Source: an uncultured Gemmatimonadaceae bacterium (GTDB lineage Bacteria > Gemmatimonadota > Gemmatimonadetes > Gemmatimonadales > Gemmatimonadaceae). Taken from it: DNA of 64,000 bases. The stretch spans positions 160,001-224,000 of the forward strand of contig CAWFQK010000003.1 in assembly GCA_963817955.1 (NCBI GenBank), read 5' to 3'. Shown here piece by piece: positions 1 through 9,390 of this stretch. Position numbers and translations under genes: made by a program. Positions within the stretch are counted from its first letter, which is position 1. Every line of letters starts with the position of its first letter. The notes under the pieces were generated by a model, which saw only the letters and a list, made by a program, of their open reading frames with translations, did not search any database and had not been told where the DNA came from.

Positions 1-2
1 GC

Positions 3-116
3 ACGAAGGCGCGAGACTACAATCACCGCAGGATGGACTACAACAATGACCCCACGACGACACTCGCTGACGTGCACAGCCTGTTCGCCGAGGCGCTCGC
101 GCGAATCAAGCCGTGA
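3..116 (+). CDS. 3' end of a hypothetical protein (partial, runs off window)
   Basis: Open frame TKARDYNHRRMDYNNDPTTTLADVHSLFAEALARIKP* ending at TGA 114-116. Confidence 0.5.
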   Translation, partial: TKARDYNHRRMDYNNDPTTTLADVHSLFAEALARIKP

Positions 117-184
117 TGTGCAGCGTTCACGTGATGCTCAGCGTCTCATGGATAGGAATATCAATCTCCTCCTGAGAGTAGAAC

Positions 185-901
185 ATGACTGACGAGCTGT
201 CGCTGCTACGCGCCGAGGTTCGACGTACCCGTCGTTACGTGGTCGCCTTGTCGTGCCTTCTTCTCGCCGCGTCCGTAACCGCGTTCCGAGCTGCCACCGC
301 GCCGACTCGCTTCAAGGAGATCGATGTCGAGCGGATCAACGTTCGCGAACCTGACGGCAAGCTACGAATGATCATCGCGAATCGCGCAATGTCGAGCGGG
401 CCGATCGCTCGCGGAAAGCCGTTCGGCTATGGCGGCGGCAATCGTCCCGGGATCATCTTCTTTAATGATGAAGAAACCGAGAACGGTGGCCTGGTCTTCG
501 AAGGCAAACGGGAGAACGGCGTTGCAAACGCCGGGGCACAGCTCTCATTCGACCAATACGAGCAAGATCAGATATTGTACTTGACGTACCAAGACGAGAA
601 CGGCCAACGAATCACGGGTCTGAACGTTGTTGATCGGCCGGATACGACCGGCGGCCGACGGCCCGGCCCCATTGGAAACGCGCCGCGGGTATTCGTCGGG
701 CGGGACGCTTCCCGGTCGGCCGTCCTGCGATTGTCCGATCCGTTCGGTCGTCCGAGAATACGTATCAGCGTCGACTCGATGGGGATCGGCAGAATCGAGT
801 TCTTGGATGGGCGCGGGCACGTCGTGCAGACGGTTCCTTCCTCCGCACCAGACAGCGCGAATCGGGGAGCTGAGTTCGACTTCGTTAGATTCTTACGATA
901 G
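185..901 (+). CDS. hypothetical exported/membrane-anchored protein
   Basis: 238-aa ORF, purine-rich RBS-like sequence upstream, N-terminal hydrophobic segment, beta-rich repeats. Confidence 0.7.
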   Translation: MTDELSLLRAEVRRTRRYVVALSCLLLAASVTAFRAATAPTRFKEIDVERINVREPDGKLRMIIANRAMSSGPIARGKPFGYGGGNRPGIIFFNDEETENGGLVFEGKRENGVANAGAQLSFDQYEQDQILYLTYQDENGQRITGLNVVDRPDTTGGRRPGPIGNAPRVFVGRDASRSAVLRLSDPFGRPRIRISVDSMGIGRIEFLDGRGHVVQTVPSSAPDSANRGAEFDFVRFLR

Positions 902-925
902 ATTCTCTCCAAGTCGGAGGTCATC

Positions 926-1063
926 ATGCAATTCGAGTTGACGGCCATCTTCCAAGAGGCTCTCGAGGGCGGGTATGTCGCCTTCGTCGAGGAACTTCCT
1001 GGCGTGAATACCCAGGGCGAAACGCTCGATGAGGCCCGTGAGAATCTTCGCGAAGCGGTCGGC
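926..1063 (+). pseudogene. truncated HicB-family antitoxin
   Basis: MQFELTAIFQEALEGGYVAFVEELPGVNTQGETLDEARENLREAV is a typical HicB N-terminus; GGAGG RBS; frame then reads into the antisense of the permease; no hicA nearby. Confidence 0.75.
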
Positions 1064-1068
1064 GGCCC

Positions 1069-3723
1069 TCAATCCGCGCCGAGCGCCACCGCGGGATCCA
1101 CCCGCATTGCCCGCCGCGCCGGAACATATGACGCACACAACGCCACGACGCCCAGCAGCAGCGCGACGCCGACATACGTCAGCGGATCACCTGGCCCCAC
1201 CGCGACCAGATATCCACGAATTGCGCGACCCGCGGCGGCGGCGAGCCCCACCCCAATGATTATTCCCATGACCGCGAGCATCGTACCCTGTCGAAACACG
1301 AGGCGCGCAACATCGCGCGGCTGGGCCCCGAGCGCGACGCGTACGCCGATCTCGCGCGTGCGCTGGCTCACCGTGTAGGCGATCACGCTATACAGGCCAA
1401 CGGTGGAGAGCACGAGGGCCGCGAGGGCAAACACGGTGAGCATCGCCATCGCGAACCGCGGGCCAGCCAGGTTGGCTTGCAGCTCCGTCTCCGACGTGGA
1501 CGTTCGCACGATTCGTAATTGAGAGCTGGTACTTTGAACGATCTGACGGAGCGTCGCGGCGAGCGCACTGCTCTCGAGGGCGCTGCGATACGCGAACCCC
1601 TGTGCCGGAAACCCAATCATCCGCATCGGATAATAGATCTGAAGATCGTAGCGATCCCCGGTGCGGCCGGGGACTCGAAGGTTCTGAGCGACACCGACGA
1701 CCGTCACCCACGGCGCGTTCGCGCTCGAACGCATCCGCGACCCCAGGGCGTTGCCAGCGGGCCAGAGCCGTCGCGCGAGCTGCTCGCTCACGATGACCTC
1801 GTCGCCCGGACCCGTCGCGCGACCCGAGCTGTCGCCGCTGAACGTGTGGCCGCGCAAGTGGATGCGCGCGACCCGGAAAAAGCCGGGCTGCACCATGAAG
1901 AACCCTATCGTCCCCACGTGCGCCGTTTCACTGGTGCTGCGCCCTTCCAGTTCGAAGGCCTGGGAGCTGACGCCGCTGCGTGGCGGGAGATCGCCCGCCT
2001 CGACCGCATCGTCGATCCCGGGCGTGGCGCGGAGCCTCGCAAGGAAGTCGGCAAACACCGCGATCCGCTGCTCCTTTGGCATTGTGGCGTTCACCCCCAG
2101 ATAGATCTCCGCGAGGCCGTGGGGGTCGAAGCCAACGTCCGTTTGCTGCATTGCGCGGAAGGAGCGCACGAGCAGACCGGCGCTCACGAGCAGCATTACC
2201 GACAGCGCGATCTCGCCCACGATCATGCCGCCACGCACGCGTCGAGCCGCCGCGCCACCAGCCACCGCGCGCGCACCGGCCTTCAGGCGATCGCCCAATC
2301 CGCCGACGGATGCGAACATTGCCGGACCGGCCCCGAACAGCAGCCCAGTGGCGACGGCGAGCGCTGTCGTCCACAGCAGCACCGCCGGTTCGATCCGAAC
2401 GCCATCGAGCTTGTCGAGCGCGTCGGGACGCAGCTTCACGAATATGTGAAGGGCACCCCAGGCCAGCGCGAGTCCAACGACGGCGCCCGAGACCGAGAGG
2501 ACCAGGCTTTCCGCGAGCACTTGTCGCGCGACCCGCGCACGGCCGGCGCCGAGCGCGGTCCGAATGGCGAACTCGCGCTGCCGCGACCACCCGCGTACGA
2601 GAAGTAGGTTCGCCACGTTCGCGCAGGCGATGAGCAGCACGACGCCGACGGCGCCGAACAGCAGCAGCAGCGCGCTGCGATAGCTCGTCCCGAGATAATC
2701 CTGGGCGCGCATCGCTTTCGCCGACATGTTCTTCGAACCCGCGGCGCTCGGCAGCGACGCCGCGATCGCCGCCAATTCCTTGCTCGCCTGCTCGGCCGTG
2801 ACTCCCCGGCGCAGCTTCCCGAATGCCGAAAGTTGACCAGATGCGTTCGTTGCCAGCGGCGTCCAGATCGCTCGCCCTAGCTCGTCGCTGAACGGAAGAA
2901 CGAACCCGGGCGGAGCGACCCCCACGATCACGCGCGGCAGGCTGTCGACGGTGATGAGCTTTCCGAGGACGTCCGCTGCTCCGGCAAATTGCTGCTGCCA
3001 CAGTGCGTAGCCGATCATCACCGCGGCCGGAGCGCCGGGTCGTGCGTCGGCATCGTTGAACTCGCGCCCGTGCGCCGGCCGTACGCCGAGAAAGCGATAC
3101 ATGCCGGGCGAGATGGCCGCGCCGGCAAGCTGATCGGAGTGGCCGGCGATGACGACCTCGTAGTCCGCCTCTCGCGACGCCACGATCGATTCGAGCGTGC
3201 GCGTGCGCGCACGCCAGCCGTCGATGAGCTCCCCATCCGGCTGCAACATGATGCGTCCGTCACCCACCGTCTGCAACAGCTCCACCATGCGATTCCCGTC
3301 GGCGTATGGCAGCGGCGCCAGCAGCAGATGGTGAATGACGCTGAAGATTGCGCTGTTCGCGCCGATGCCCAACGCGAGCGTCATGACGGCGACGATCGCG
3401 AACATTGGTGCACGCCGAATCTGGCGGCCCGCGAAGCGGAGGTCCTGCGTCAGCTCGGCGGCGGCGTTCCCGACACGCTGGCGCGCTCGCGAGCCGGCGG
3501 AGATCGACGCGGCATGCCGGCGCACGTCGGCGTCGTCGCCGAAGCGCCGCCATGCCTCCGTTACCGCCTCCTCGGCCGACAGGCCCGAGGCTGCGAGCTC
3601 GGCTGCGCGCATGTCGATGTGAAAGCGCAATTCCTCGTCGGCATCGTTCGCGAGTCGCGACGCAGTGCGCCATGGGAGCCGGAAGAGCCGGCGAACGCCG
3701 GGAGGAAGCCGTCGATTGGTCAT
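1069..3723 (-). CDS. ADOP-type duplicated ABC permease (MacB/FtsX domains)
   Basis: DEELRFH N-terminus, TLALGIGANSAIFS, LLIACANVANLLL, RTREIGVRVALGA, PARRAMRVDP. Confidence 0.92.
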   Translation of the reverse strand: MTNRRLPPGVRRLFRLPWRTASRLANDADEELRFHIDMRAAELAASGLSAEEAVTEAWRRFGDDADVRRHAASISAGSRARQRVGNAAAELTQDLRFAGRQIRRAPMFAIVAVMTLALGIGANSAIFSVIHHLLLAPLPYADGNRMVELLQTVGDGRIMLQPDGELIDGWRARTRTLESIVASREADYEVVIAGHSDQLAGAAISPGMYRFLGVRPAHGREFNDADARPGAPAAVMIGYALWQQQFAGAADVLGKLITVDSLPRVIVGVAPPGFVLPFSDELGRAIWTPLATNASGQLSAFGKLRRGVTAEQASKELAAIAASLPSAAGSKNMSAKAMRAQDYLGTSYRSALLLLFGAVGVVLLIACANVANLLLVRGWSRQREFAIRTALGAGRARVARQVLAESLVLSVSGAVVGLALAWGALHIFVKLRPDALDKLDGVRIEPAVLLWTTALAVATGLLFGAGPAMFASVGGLGDRLKAGARAVAGGAAARRVRGGMIVGEIALSVMLLVSAGLLVRSFRAMQQTDVGFDPHGLAEIYLGVNATMPKEQRIAVFADFLARLRATPGIDDAVEAGDLPPRSGVSSQAFELEGRSTSETAHVGTIGFFMVQPGFFRVARIHLRGHTFSGDSSGRATGPGDEVIVSEQLARRLWPAGNALGSRMRSSANAPWVTVVGVAQNLRVPGRTGDRYDLQIYYPMRMIGFPAQGFAYRSALESSALAATLRQIVQSTSSQLRIVRTSTSETELQANLAGPRFAMAMLTVFALAALVLSTVGLYSVIAYTVSQRTREIGVRVALGAQPRDVARLVFRQGTMLAVMGIIIGVGLAAAAGRAIRGYLVAVGPGDPLTYVGVALLLGVVALCASYVPARRAMRVDPAVALGAD

Positions 3724-3733
3724 GAGTATATCC

Positions 3734-4066
3734 TCACGTCGTTTCGAGAACGGCGTTCATGGCCGCCGAGTAGCGCTGCCAGGCCGCGACTTCCTGCCGC
3801 AGCAACTGACGTCCCCGCCGTGTGATGGAGTAGTACTTGGCGCGACGGTTGTTCTCGGAGAGGCCCCACTCAGCCTCGATCGACCCGTCTTCCTCCAAGC
3901 GGTGGACCGCCTTGTATAGCGCCGCGTCCACGACTCCGAGCTCGCCGTGGGTCTGGTCTTCGATCCATTTGGTGATCGCATACCCGTGCATCGGTGCCCA
4001 GCACAGCGCTTTGAGCACCAGCACGTCGAGCGTGCCGCGGCGAAGGTCGTCGGTCTGTCGGAGCAT
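3734..4066 (-). CDS. PadR-family transcriptional regulator
   Basis: GTLDVLVLKAL..MHGYAI..LYKAVHRLE..SENNRRAKYYSIT; directly upstream of the ADOP permease. Confidence 0.92.
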   Translation of the reverse strand: MLRQTDDLRRGTLDVLVLKALCWAPMHGYAITKWIEDQTHGELGVVDAALYKAVHRLEEDGSIEAEWGLSENNRRAKYYSITRRGRQLLRQEVAAWQRYSAAMNAVLETT

Positions 4067-4068
4067 GG

Positions 4069-4095
4069 CATTCCACTAACTGAGTTAGTGGAATG
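4069..4095. promoter_or_regulatory. perfect 27-bp palindrome, probable PadR operator
   Basis: CATTCCACTAACT-G-AGTTAGTGGAATG, 2 bp upstream of the padR start codon. Confidence 0.7.
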
Positions 4096-4235
4096 TGTCG
4101 CCGATGACAAAGGGCGTCAAGAGCAGTCGGAACGCGGTGGACTTCTCCATGATGCGGCCGGCTATGCGATCTGTGATATCGCGCGGCGTGGCGCGGACCG
4201 CTGGCGTACCTGCGACAATGACGTAGTTTCCCAAT

Positions 4236-5096
4236 GTGATCGACCTCGACGACGTTCGAAAGTCCTATGGCTCGGTCACCGCGCTTCGCGGTGTGTCGTT
4301 GCGCGTGCGGAAGGGTGAGATCTTCGGTCTGCTCGGACCGAATGGCGCAGGCAAGACGACGTTGATCAAGACGCTCGTCGGTTCCGTCCGGGCCGACAGT
4401 GGCTCCGTGCGCGTGATGGGACTGGATCCGTTTCGCGATGTGGCCGAGATTCGCCGCCAGGTCGGTTACATGCCGCAGGCTCCCGTGCTCTACGAGGACC
4501 TCAGCGCGCGCGACAACGTACGGTTCTTCGCCCAGGCGCATGAGTTGTCCGATCTGGAACAACGCGTGGACGCCGTCATCGAACTCACCGGTCTCGCCGC
4601 GCGCGCGCGCGACGCCGTGTTTGGTCTTTCCGGCGGCATGAAGCAGCGCATCTCACTCGCCTGCGCGCTGGTGCACCTTCCTCGCCTGTTGCTCCTCGAC
4701 GAGCCCACTGCCGGCGTGGACCCACAGTTGCGTGAAGCGTTCTGGCACCACTTCCGCCGTCTGGCCGTGAATGGAACGACGCTGCTCGTCAGCACGCATC
4801 TCATGGACGAGGCGCTGCAATGCGACCGCATCGCGGTGCTGCGCAATGGAACTGTGCTCGCGTGCGACACTCCGGCAAATCTGCTGAGTGCGGGACATGC
4901 CACGATCCACGTACACCGCGGTGACGTGATCGAGACGACGACGACCGCGGACTACGCGACGACGCTGCCGGCGGTGCTCCAGCGCTACGGACTCGATCCG
5001 TCGGTGACACGCATCGACGTCGAGCGTGACTCCCTCGAAACCGTCGTGCTGGCGATGATCCGCGCCCGCGAGAGTGACAATGTCGCACGCGAGTAG
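4236..5096 (+). CDS. ABC-2 type exporter ATP-binding protein
   Basis: Walker A GPNGAGKT, signature LSGGMKQR, Walker B LLLLDEPT. Confidence 0.93.
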   Translation: MIDLDDVRKSYGSVTALRGVSLRVRKGEIFGLLGPNGAGKTTLIKTLVGSVRADSGSVRVMGLDPFRDVAEIRRQVGYMPQAPVLYEDLSARDNVRFFAQAHELSDLEQRVDAVIELTGLAARARDAVFGLSGGMKQRISLACALVHLPRLLLLDEPTAGVDPQLREAFWHHFRRLAVNGTTLLVSTHLMDEALQCDRIAVLRNGTVLACDTPANLLSAGHATIHVHRGDVIETTTTADYATTLPAVLQRYGLDPSVTRIDVERDSLETVVLAMIRARESDNVARE

Positions 5097-5832
5097 GCGT
5101 ACCGTCGCAATCGCGAGCCGAGTGCTGCGTCAGTTGCGCGGCGACCGGCGGTTCATTGTGATCTCGCTGGCCGTGCCCCTCGTTGTCATCTATATCGCGC
5201 GCGTCTTTCTCGGCGCACTCGCCACACCGTTCTTTCAGCCGACGACGCTGGCCCTTCCGATCGGGGCGTTCATCGTTCACTTCCTCACCTACATTCTCTG
5301 TGCGCTCGTGCTGGTGCGCGAGCGGACGGCCGGCACCCTTCAACGGATGTTCGTGAGCGGCTATCGCCGGACCGAGATCATCGGTGGGTACGTTGCGGCG
5401 TACACCTGCCTGGCCACGCTGCAGAGTTTCCTCGTGCTCGGGGAGTTGAGCCTGTTGTTCCGGCCCGGGTACAGCGCGGTGCAATATCTGTCCATGTACC
5501 TGGTGTTCTGGCTGCTCGCCGTCATCAGCATCTCACTGGGCATTTTCGTGTCCAACTTCGCGCGCACCGAGGGACAGGTCTTTCCGTTCATTCCGGCGGT
5601 GATCATTCCGTCGGTTCTGCTCTCGGGTCTCGTGCTCTCAGTGAATCAACTGCCCCGCTGGGCGCAGTGGTTGGCGCCGGCGATCCCATTCTATTGGGCG
5701 AACCGCGTCATCGATACGTTATTGAAGCCGGGCGGCAGCTTCGCGGACGACTGGGTGGGAGCAGTCTGCCTGCCGCTATACGGAATCGTCGTGCTCCTTC
5801 TGTCGACGCGGACGCTACGCGAGGTGGAGTGA
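5074..5832 (+). CDS. ABC-2 type exporter permease
   Basis: About 6 hydrophobic segments, RERTAGTLQR motif, overlaps the ATPase stop. Confidence 0.9.
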   Translation: MTMSHASRRTVAIASRVLRQLRGDRRFIVISLAVPLVVIYIARVFLGALATPFFQPTTLALPIGAFIVHFLTYILCALVLVRERTAGTLQRMFVSGYRRTEIIGGYVAAYTCLATLQSFLVLGELSLLFRPGYSAVQYLSMYLVFWLLAVISISLGIFVSNFARTEGQVFPFIPAVIIPSVLLSGLVLSVNQLPRWAQWLAPAIPFYWANRVIDTLLKPGGSFADDWVGAVCLPLYGIVVLLLSTRTLREVE

Positions 5833-5871
5833 CGGTGTTTGTCAGTGAGGCCGCGAACGCCTGCACATCTA

Positions 5872-6318
5872 TCAGTAGTCGACGCCTGGCTCGAACTCAC
5901 CGCCCTCCACGACCCGTACGACGTCGCCGCTCGGCGAAACGTAAAACTCTAACGAACGAGAGCGTCTCGCGAGCTTAACCTCCACCGTCCAGTATGTCTC
6001 GCCGGCAGCGCCGCCGAAGCCCACGAACGACCAATACCTGACCGACCCGCTCCGGATTGCTCCCGTGTCCGCCGGCGACACTCCGCGCGCATTGGCCAGC
6101 CCGTGGGCGACGGCGGAGTGCACTAACTCGCCGAATGAACAGTTGAGCGGCGCATCCAAGTGCTGGACGGCCGTAACCGGAAAACGCACCGTGCGACACG
6201 GATACTTGTTGACAATGGCGGCGCGTTCCGCCGCGCTTGGCTCCTTGCGTTGCGCAACGGCCGAAGCGCACGGCCAACAGAACAATGCGGCCGCGACCAT
6301 CGGAGCCAGTGATCCCAT
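5872..6318 (-). CDS. hypothetical secreted protein (probable cassette gene)
   Basis: Signal-peptide-like MGSLAPMVAAALFCWPCASAVAQ; start reassigned from the 256-aa ORF. Confidence 0.55.
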   Translation of the reverse strand: MGSLAPMVAAALFCWPCASAVAQRKEPSAAERAAIVNKYPCRTVRFPVTAVQHLDAPLNCSFGELVHSAVAHGLANARGVSPADTGAIRSGSVRYWSFVGFGGAAGETYWTVEVKLARRSRSLEFYVSPSGDVVRVVEGGEFEPGVDY

Positions 6319-6333
6319 TCGTAGAAGCACGCC

Positions 6334-6390
6334 AGAATCTTCGGCGCGGTTGGCCGGGATCTCGAGGTAACAGATCTTGCCGTGGGGCAT
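6334..6390 (-). pseudogene. N-terminal fragment of a VOC/glyoxalase protein
   Basis: MPHGKICYLEIPANRAEDS with GGAG RBS, then abrupt switch to unrelated sequence. Confidence 0.6.
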
Positions 6391-6430
6391 CAGAGAATCC
6401 TCCAGTATCGGTACAGGTTCGGTCCCATCG

Positions 6431-7333
6431 TCAGCTCGCGTGCGCGTTACGATCCTTCTCGAGGCCAAAGGCTGGTGCGTTGTCGGCGGCCCAGTGATGG
6501 AAGCTTCTCGCTGGCGACCCAGTGATCTCCTGGACCGCGGACGTGACAAACGCTGGATGGCCGAGCGTCGCCTGCCACGCGCCGAGCAGCATCTCGGCAA
6601 CGTGCGGGGGCCATGCGGCCGCCGTCTCACTTCGGAACTCATCGGGCGACAGCTCCACGAACTGAAGCGGGCGCCCGATTGCGTCGCCGATCGCGTGGAC
6701 TTGGGCGGCTTGGCTCAACGAGGCGGGACCCGTCAGCACGTAGTCGCTGCCCGCGAATCCAGGCTCGAGCAGCGCCTGCGCGGCCACGTGTGCCACATCC
6801 CGTTCATCGATGGGCGCCGTTTCGGCGGCACCGAACGGCCATCGCACCACGTTGCCCGTTCGGATCTGCGGCGCCCACCAATGCAGCGCGTTTGACGCGA
6901 ACATCCCTGGCCGAAGCACGACGTGACCTTCCGTCGCCTGCCGGAGGAGCCGTTCGACCTCCACGTGAACAGCACGCATCGGGTTCGGTTGCTGAAAGAA
7001 CGGGTGGGACGTTTGGTGAGGGGCGGATAGGTAGACGAGGCGACGAGACCGCGCGGACGACTCCGCGGCAAGGCGAGCGATGACCGCTGCGGCGCTGCCG
7101 ATCGGGGCAGACCAGACGAGGAAGACAGCCTCAATTCCTTCGAGCGCTGCGTCGAGCGACGCCGGGTCCGTGAAGTCTCCGCCAACAATCTCGGTGCCCG
7201 CGGGAAGGATCGCGCGTTCCGGCCGGCGGGTGAGTGCGCGAACGCGCAGGCCGAGTCGGACCAACTCATCGACCACGAGGCGCCCCACCCGCCCCGTGGC
7301 GCCCGTTACGAGGATCGTGCGTGAATGCGTCAC
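6431..7333 (-). CDS. NmrA-like NAD(P)H-binding oxidoreductase
   Basis: ILVTGATGRVG Rossmann motif, LRPGMFASN, PIDERDVA, YVLTGP. Confidence 0.9.
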   Translation of the reverse strand: MTHSRTILVTGATGRVGRLVVDELVRLGLRVRALTRRPERAILPAGTEIVGGDFTDPASLDAALEGIEAVFLVWSAPIGSAAAVIARLAAESSARSRRLVYLSAPHQTSHPFFQQPNPMRAVHVEVERLLRQATEGHVVLRPGMFASNALHWWAPQIRTGNVVRWPFGAAETAPIDERDVAHVAAQALLEPGFAGSDYVLTGPASLSQAAQVHAIGDAIGRPLQFVELSPDEFRSETAAAWPPHVAEMLLGAWQATLGHPAFVTSAVQEITGSPARSFHHWAADNAPAFGLEKDRNAHAS

Positions 7334-7547
7334 GTCGCGGCGCGCGGCTCGGTGCAGCTACTCAGCACGCAAACAACTGCGACTCCCAACACGTGCGTGA
7401 CGATTCTTCTCATACCACGAAGCTAATCACCGAAAGCAGCGCTACGGAATATGCCGCGCAAACCGTGCCTCCCACTGGGTGAGCCTCGTGGTCCAAGATG
7501 AGTCCTGAGATGCCGGTAAGAGCGCGGGGCGAAGTTCCGCGCAATCC

Positions 7548-8033
7548 TTAACCGCGGCGCGCCGATTCGATGGCAGCGATGTCGATCTTCTTCATCTGCA
7601 TCATCGCATCGAACGCGCGCTTGGCTGCAGCGGGATCGGGATCGGTGATCGCGTGCGTCAGGGCGATTGGCGTGATCTGCCAGGACAATCCCCATTTGTC
7701 CTTGCACCAACCGCACGCGCGCTCTTCGCCGCCGTTGCCGACAAGGGCATTCCAGTAGCGATCGGTCTCGGCCTGGTCGACCGTCGCGATCTGGAATGAG
7801 AACGCCTCGGTGTGCGTGAACGCCGGTCCGCCATTGAGCCCGAGGCACGGAATGCCGATCACCGTGAACTCGACGGTCAACACGTCGCCTTGCTTCCCCG
7901 ACGGAAAGTCGCCCGGCGCGCGGTGCACGGCGCGAACGGACGACTCGGGGAAGGTTTGGGCGTAAAACCGCGCCGCGCCCTCGGCGTCGCCCTTGTACCA
8001 AAGGCAAATCGTGTTCTTTGGTGGCTTGACCAT
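7548..8033 (-). CDS. VOC/PhnB-like (3-demethylubiquinone-9 3-methyltransferase family) protein
   Basis: KNTICLWY..GLNGGPAF..AFSFQI..CGWCKDKWGLSWQI; start reassigned to ATG 8033. Confidence 0.9.
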   Translation of the reverse strand: MVKPPKNTICLWYKGDAEGAARFYAQTFPESSVRAVHRAPGDFPSGKQGDVLTVEFTVIGIPCLGLNGGPAFTHTEAFSFQIATVDQAETDRYWNALVGNGGEERACGWCKDKWGLSWQITPIALTHAITDPDPAAAKRAFDAMMQMKKIDIAAIESARRG

Positions 8034-8119
8034 GTCACTTCTCCATCGAGATGAGCTAATCCTGGCCGGAGTCGGACTCATTCGGCAGCGTCTTCTCGGG
8101 CGAAGAGAGTCTGCACCAT

Positions 8120-8375
8120 CAAACGATTCGCCGTGCGACTGCTCGTGGAGTGCACGCTGCCCGTACGCTGGAGCGATCGGAGGGCCCGCTCCAGGAATGC
8201 GATCGAGGTTCTCGATTTCGGTCGCCACATTGTAATCGCTCTCCGCACGAAGGAAGAATCCATCGCGAGAGCGACTGACGCCCCGTACCGGTTCCCAGAA
8301 CCGTTCTCGCCAATGAGGAAAGTGACAGGTTGCGGAAACGCCAGGCATTCCAGATTTACGATCGCCGGCAGGGAA
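8120..8375 (-). pseudogene. fragments of an ABC/AAA-family predicted ATPase (COG3910-like)
   Basis: Pieces in different frames: PVTFLIGENGSG (truncated Walker A), DGFFLRAES, LHEQSHGESF. Confidence 0.7.
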
Positions 8376-8461
8376 GAGTTCGACACCGCCATCATCATGC
8401 GATGGAATTGCGACGAGGAAGCGCTTGACTGACATGGGAAGTTGGTTGTCTGGATAACGCG

Positions 8462-8840
8462 TCACATCCACCGCGCCAAGCGGATGGTGAACGTGAGCTT
8501 CTCGCCGCTATCTGTCCACGGTCCAGAAAGCTCCAGTGTGTCGCGCTGCACGCGGTATCCCACGACGTCCCACTTCCCCTCATCCGCAGGATCGAGGGAC
8601 ATGATGCTCTCGATCCGCACCGTGTGCTTCGTGGTGTCGCACTCGTACCGTCCCGCATGCGCGCTGGCCCCCTCGAACGTGTCGCGCAGCTCGGCCGGGG
8701 TCACGGTGTCGCGCCGCCACGAAGCGCCATACGCCTTCCACGGCAGGATCGCGTTGTTGCGCGGAGACGGCGGCTGGGGTCCCGGTCGCGAGGATGATCG
8801 AGACGACCAGGGTAAGTACGTGCTGCTGACGCATCGTCAT
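8462..8840 (-). pseudogene. lipocalin-like secreted protein, copy 1, internally deleted and frameshifted
   Basis: Signal peptide + EGVWRFVA in one frame, AHAGRY..DTLELSG..TIRLAR in another; homologous to 10818-11060. Confidence 0.65.
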
Positions 8841-8956
8841 GTCGTCAACCCGAATTAGCGGCGGGGAATTAATGAAGGAGAATTCAACCGGCCGCCGAAT
8901 TTGTGCGAGGCCCTCAATCTGGAATGCATGAATCCAGGGCGGAAGGGTGCTTGCGA

Positions 8957-8990
8957 GGAAGTTCACGCTTAGCGGAAGATCACGCTTAAC
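8957..8990. repeat. 17-bp imperfect tandem repeat in divergent promoter region
   Basis: GGAAGTTCACGCTTAGC / GGAAGATCACGCTTAAC (15/17). Confidence 0.55.
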
Positions 8991-9068
8991 GGTTCGCAAT
9001 TGCCATCGTCTTACACGGTTGACCGTTCGTTCGTTGTTCCATCGTGGCACCTAATCGGAGAGATACGC

Positions 9069-9365
9069 ATGCGGTTTTCGACGAAGCTCGCAGTGCTGGG
9101 AATGACGTTGGTGGTTATCGCGGCAGCGCCGAACATGGCGAGCGCCCAACGGCCCCACGCCGGAGCGCGTCCGGTCGCGGCGGGACGTCCGAACGCCCGC
9201 AGGGCCGCCCACGGTACGCCTGAGCAGCAAGCCTGGTTCAAGGCGTACGTGGCAGAGCGCAAGTCGTTGGCGACCCAAGTAAAGGCGGGGACGCTCGACA
9301 AGAAGGGAGCGGTGGCAGCGCTCAAGACATGGCGCGAGGCCAACAAGCCACCCAAGAAGCCGTAG
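9069..9365 (+). CDS. small basic secreted hypothetical protein
   Basis: GGAGA RBS, signal peptide ending ASA-Q, Lys/Arg-rich helical C-terminus. Confidence 0.7.
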   Translation: MRFSTKLAVLGMTLVVIAAAPNMASAQRPHAGARPVAAGRPNARRAAHGTPEQQAWFKAYVAERKSLATQVKAGTLDKKGAVAALKTWREANKPPKKP

Positions 9366-9390
9366 TCGGACACTCGGTCTGTTTCGCGCC

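Noticed and set aside
112..152. Imperfect direct repeat CGTGATGnnCAGCGT
   Set aside because: Only two copies with no supporting context; could be chance
926..1378. 150-aa ORF as a full-length HicB fusion protein
   Set aside because: Everything after about residue 46 is antisense to the ADOP permease; read-through of a truncated gene
7548..8471. 307-aa ORF as one protein
   Set aside because: Only 7548-8033 is the VOC gene; the upstream part is a chance in-frame chain of unrelated fragments
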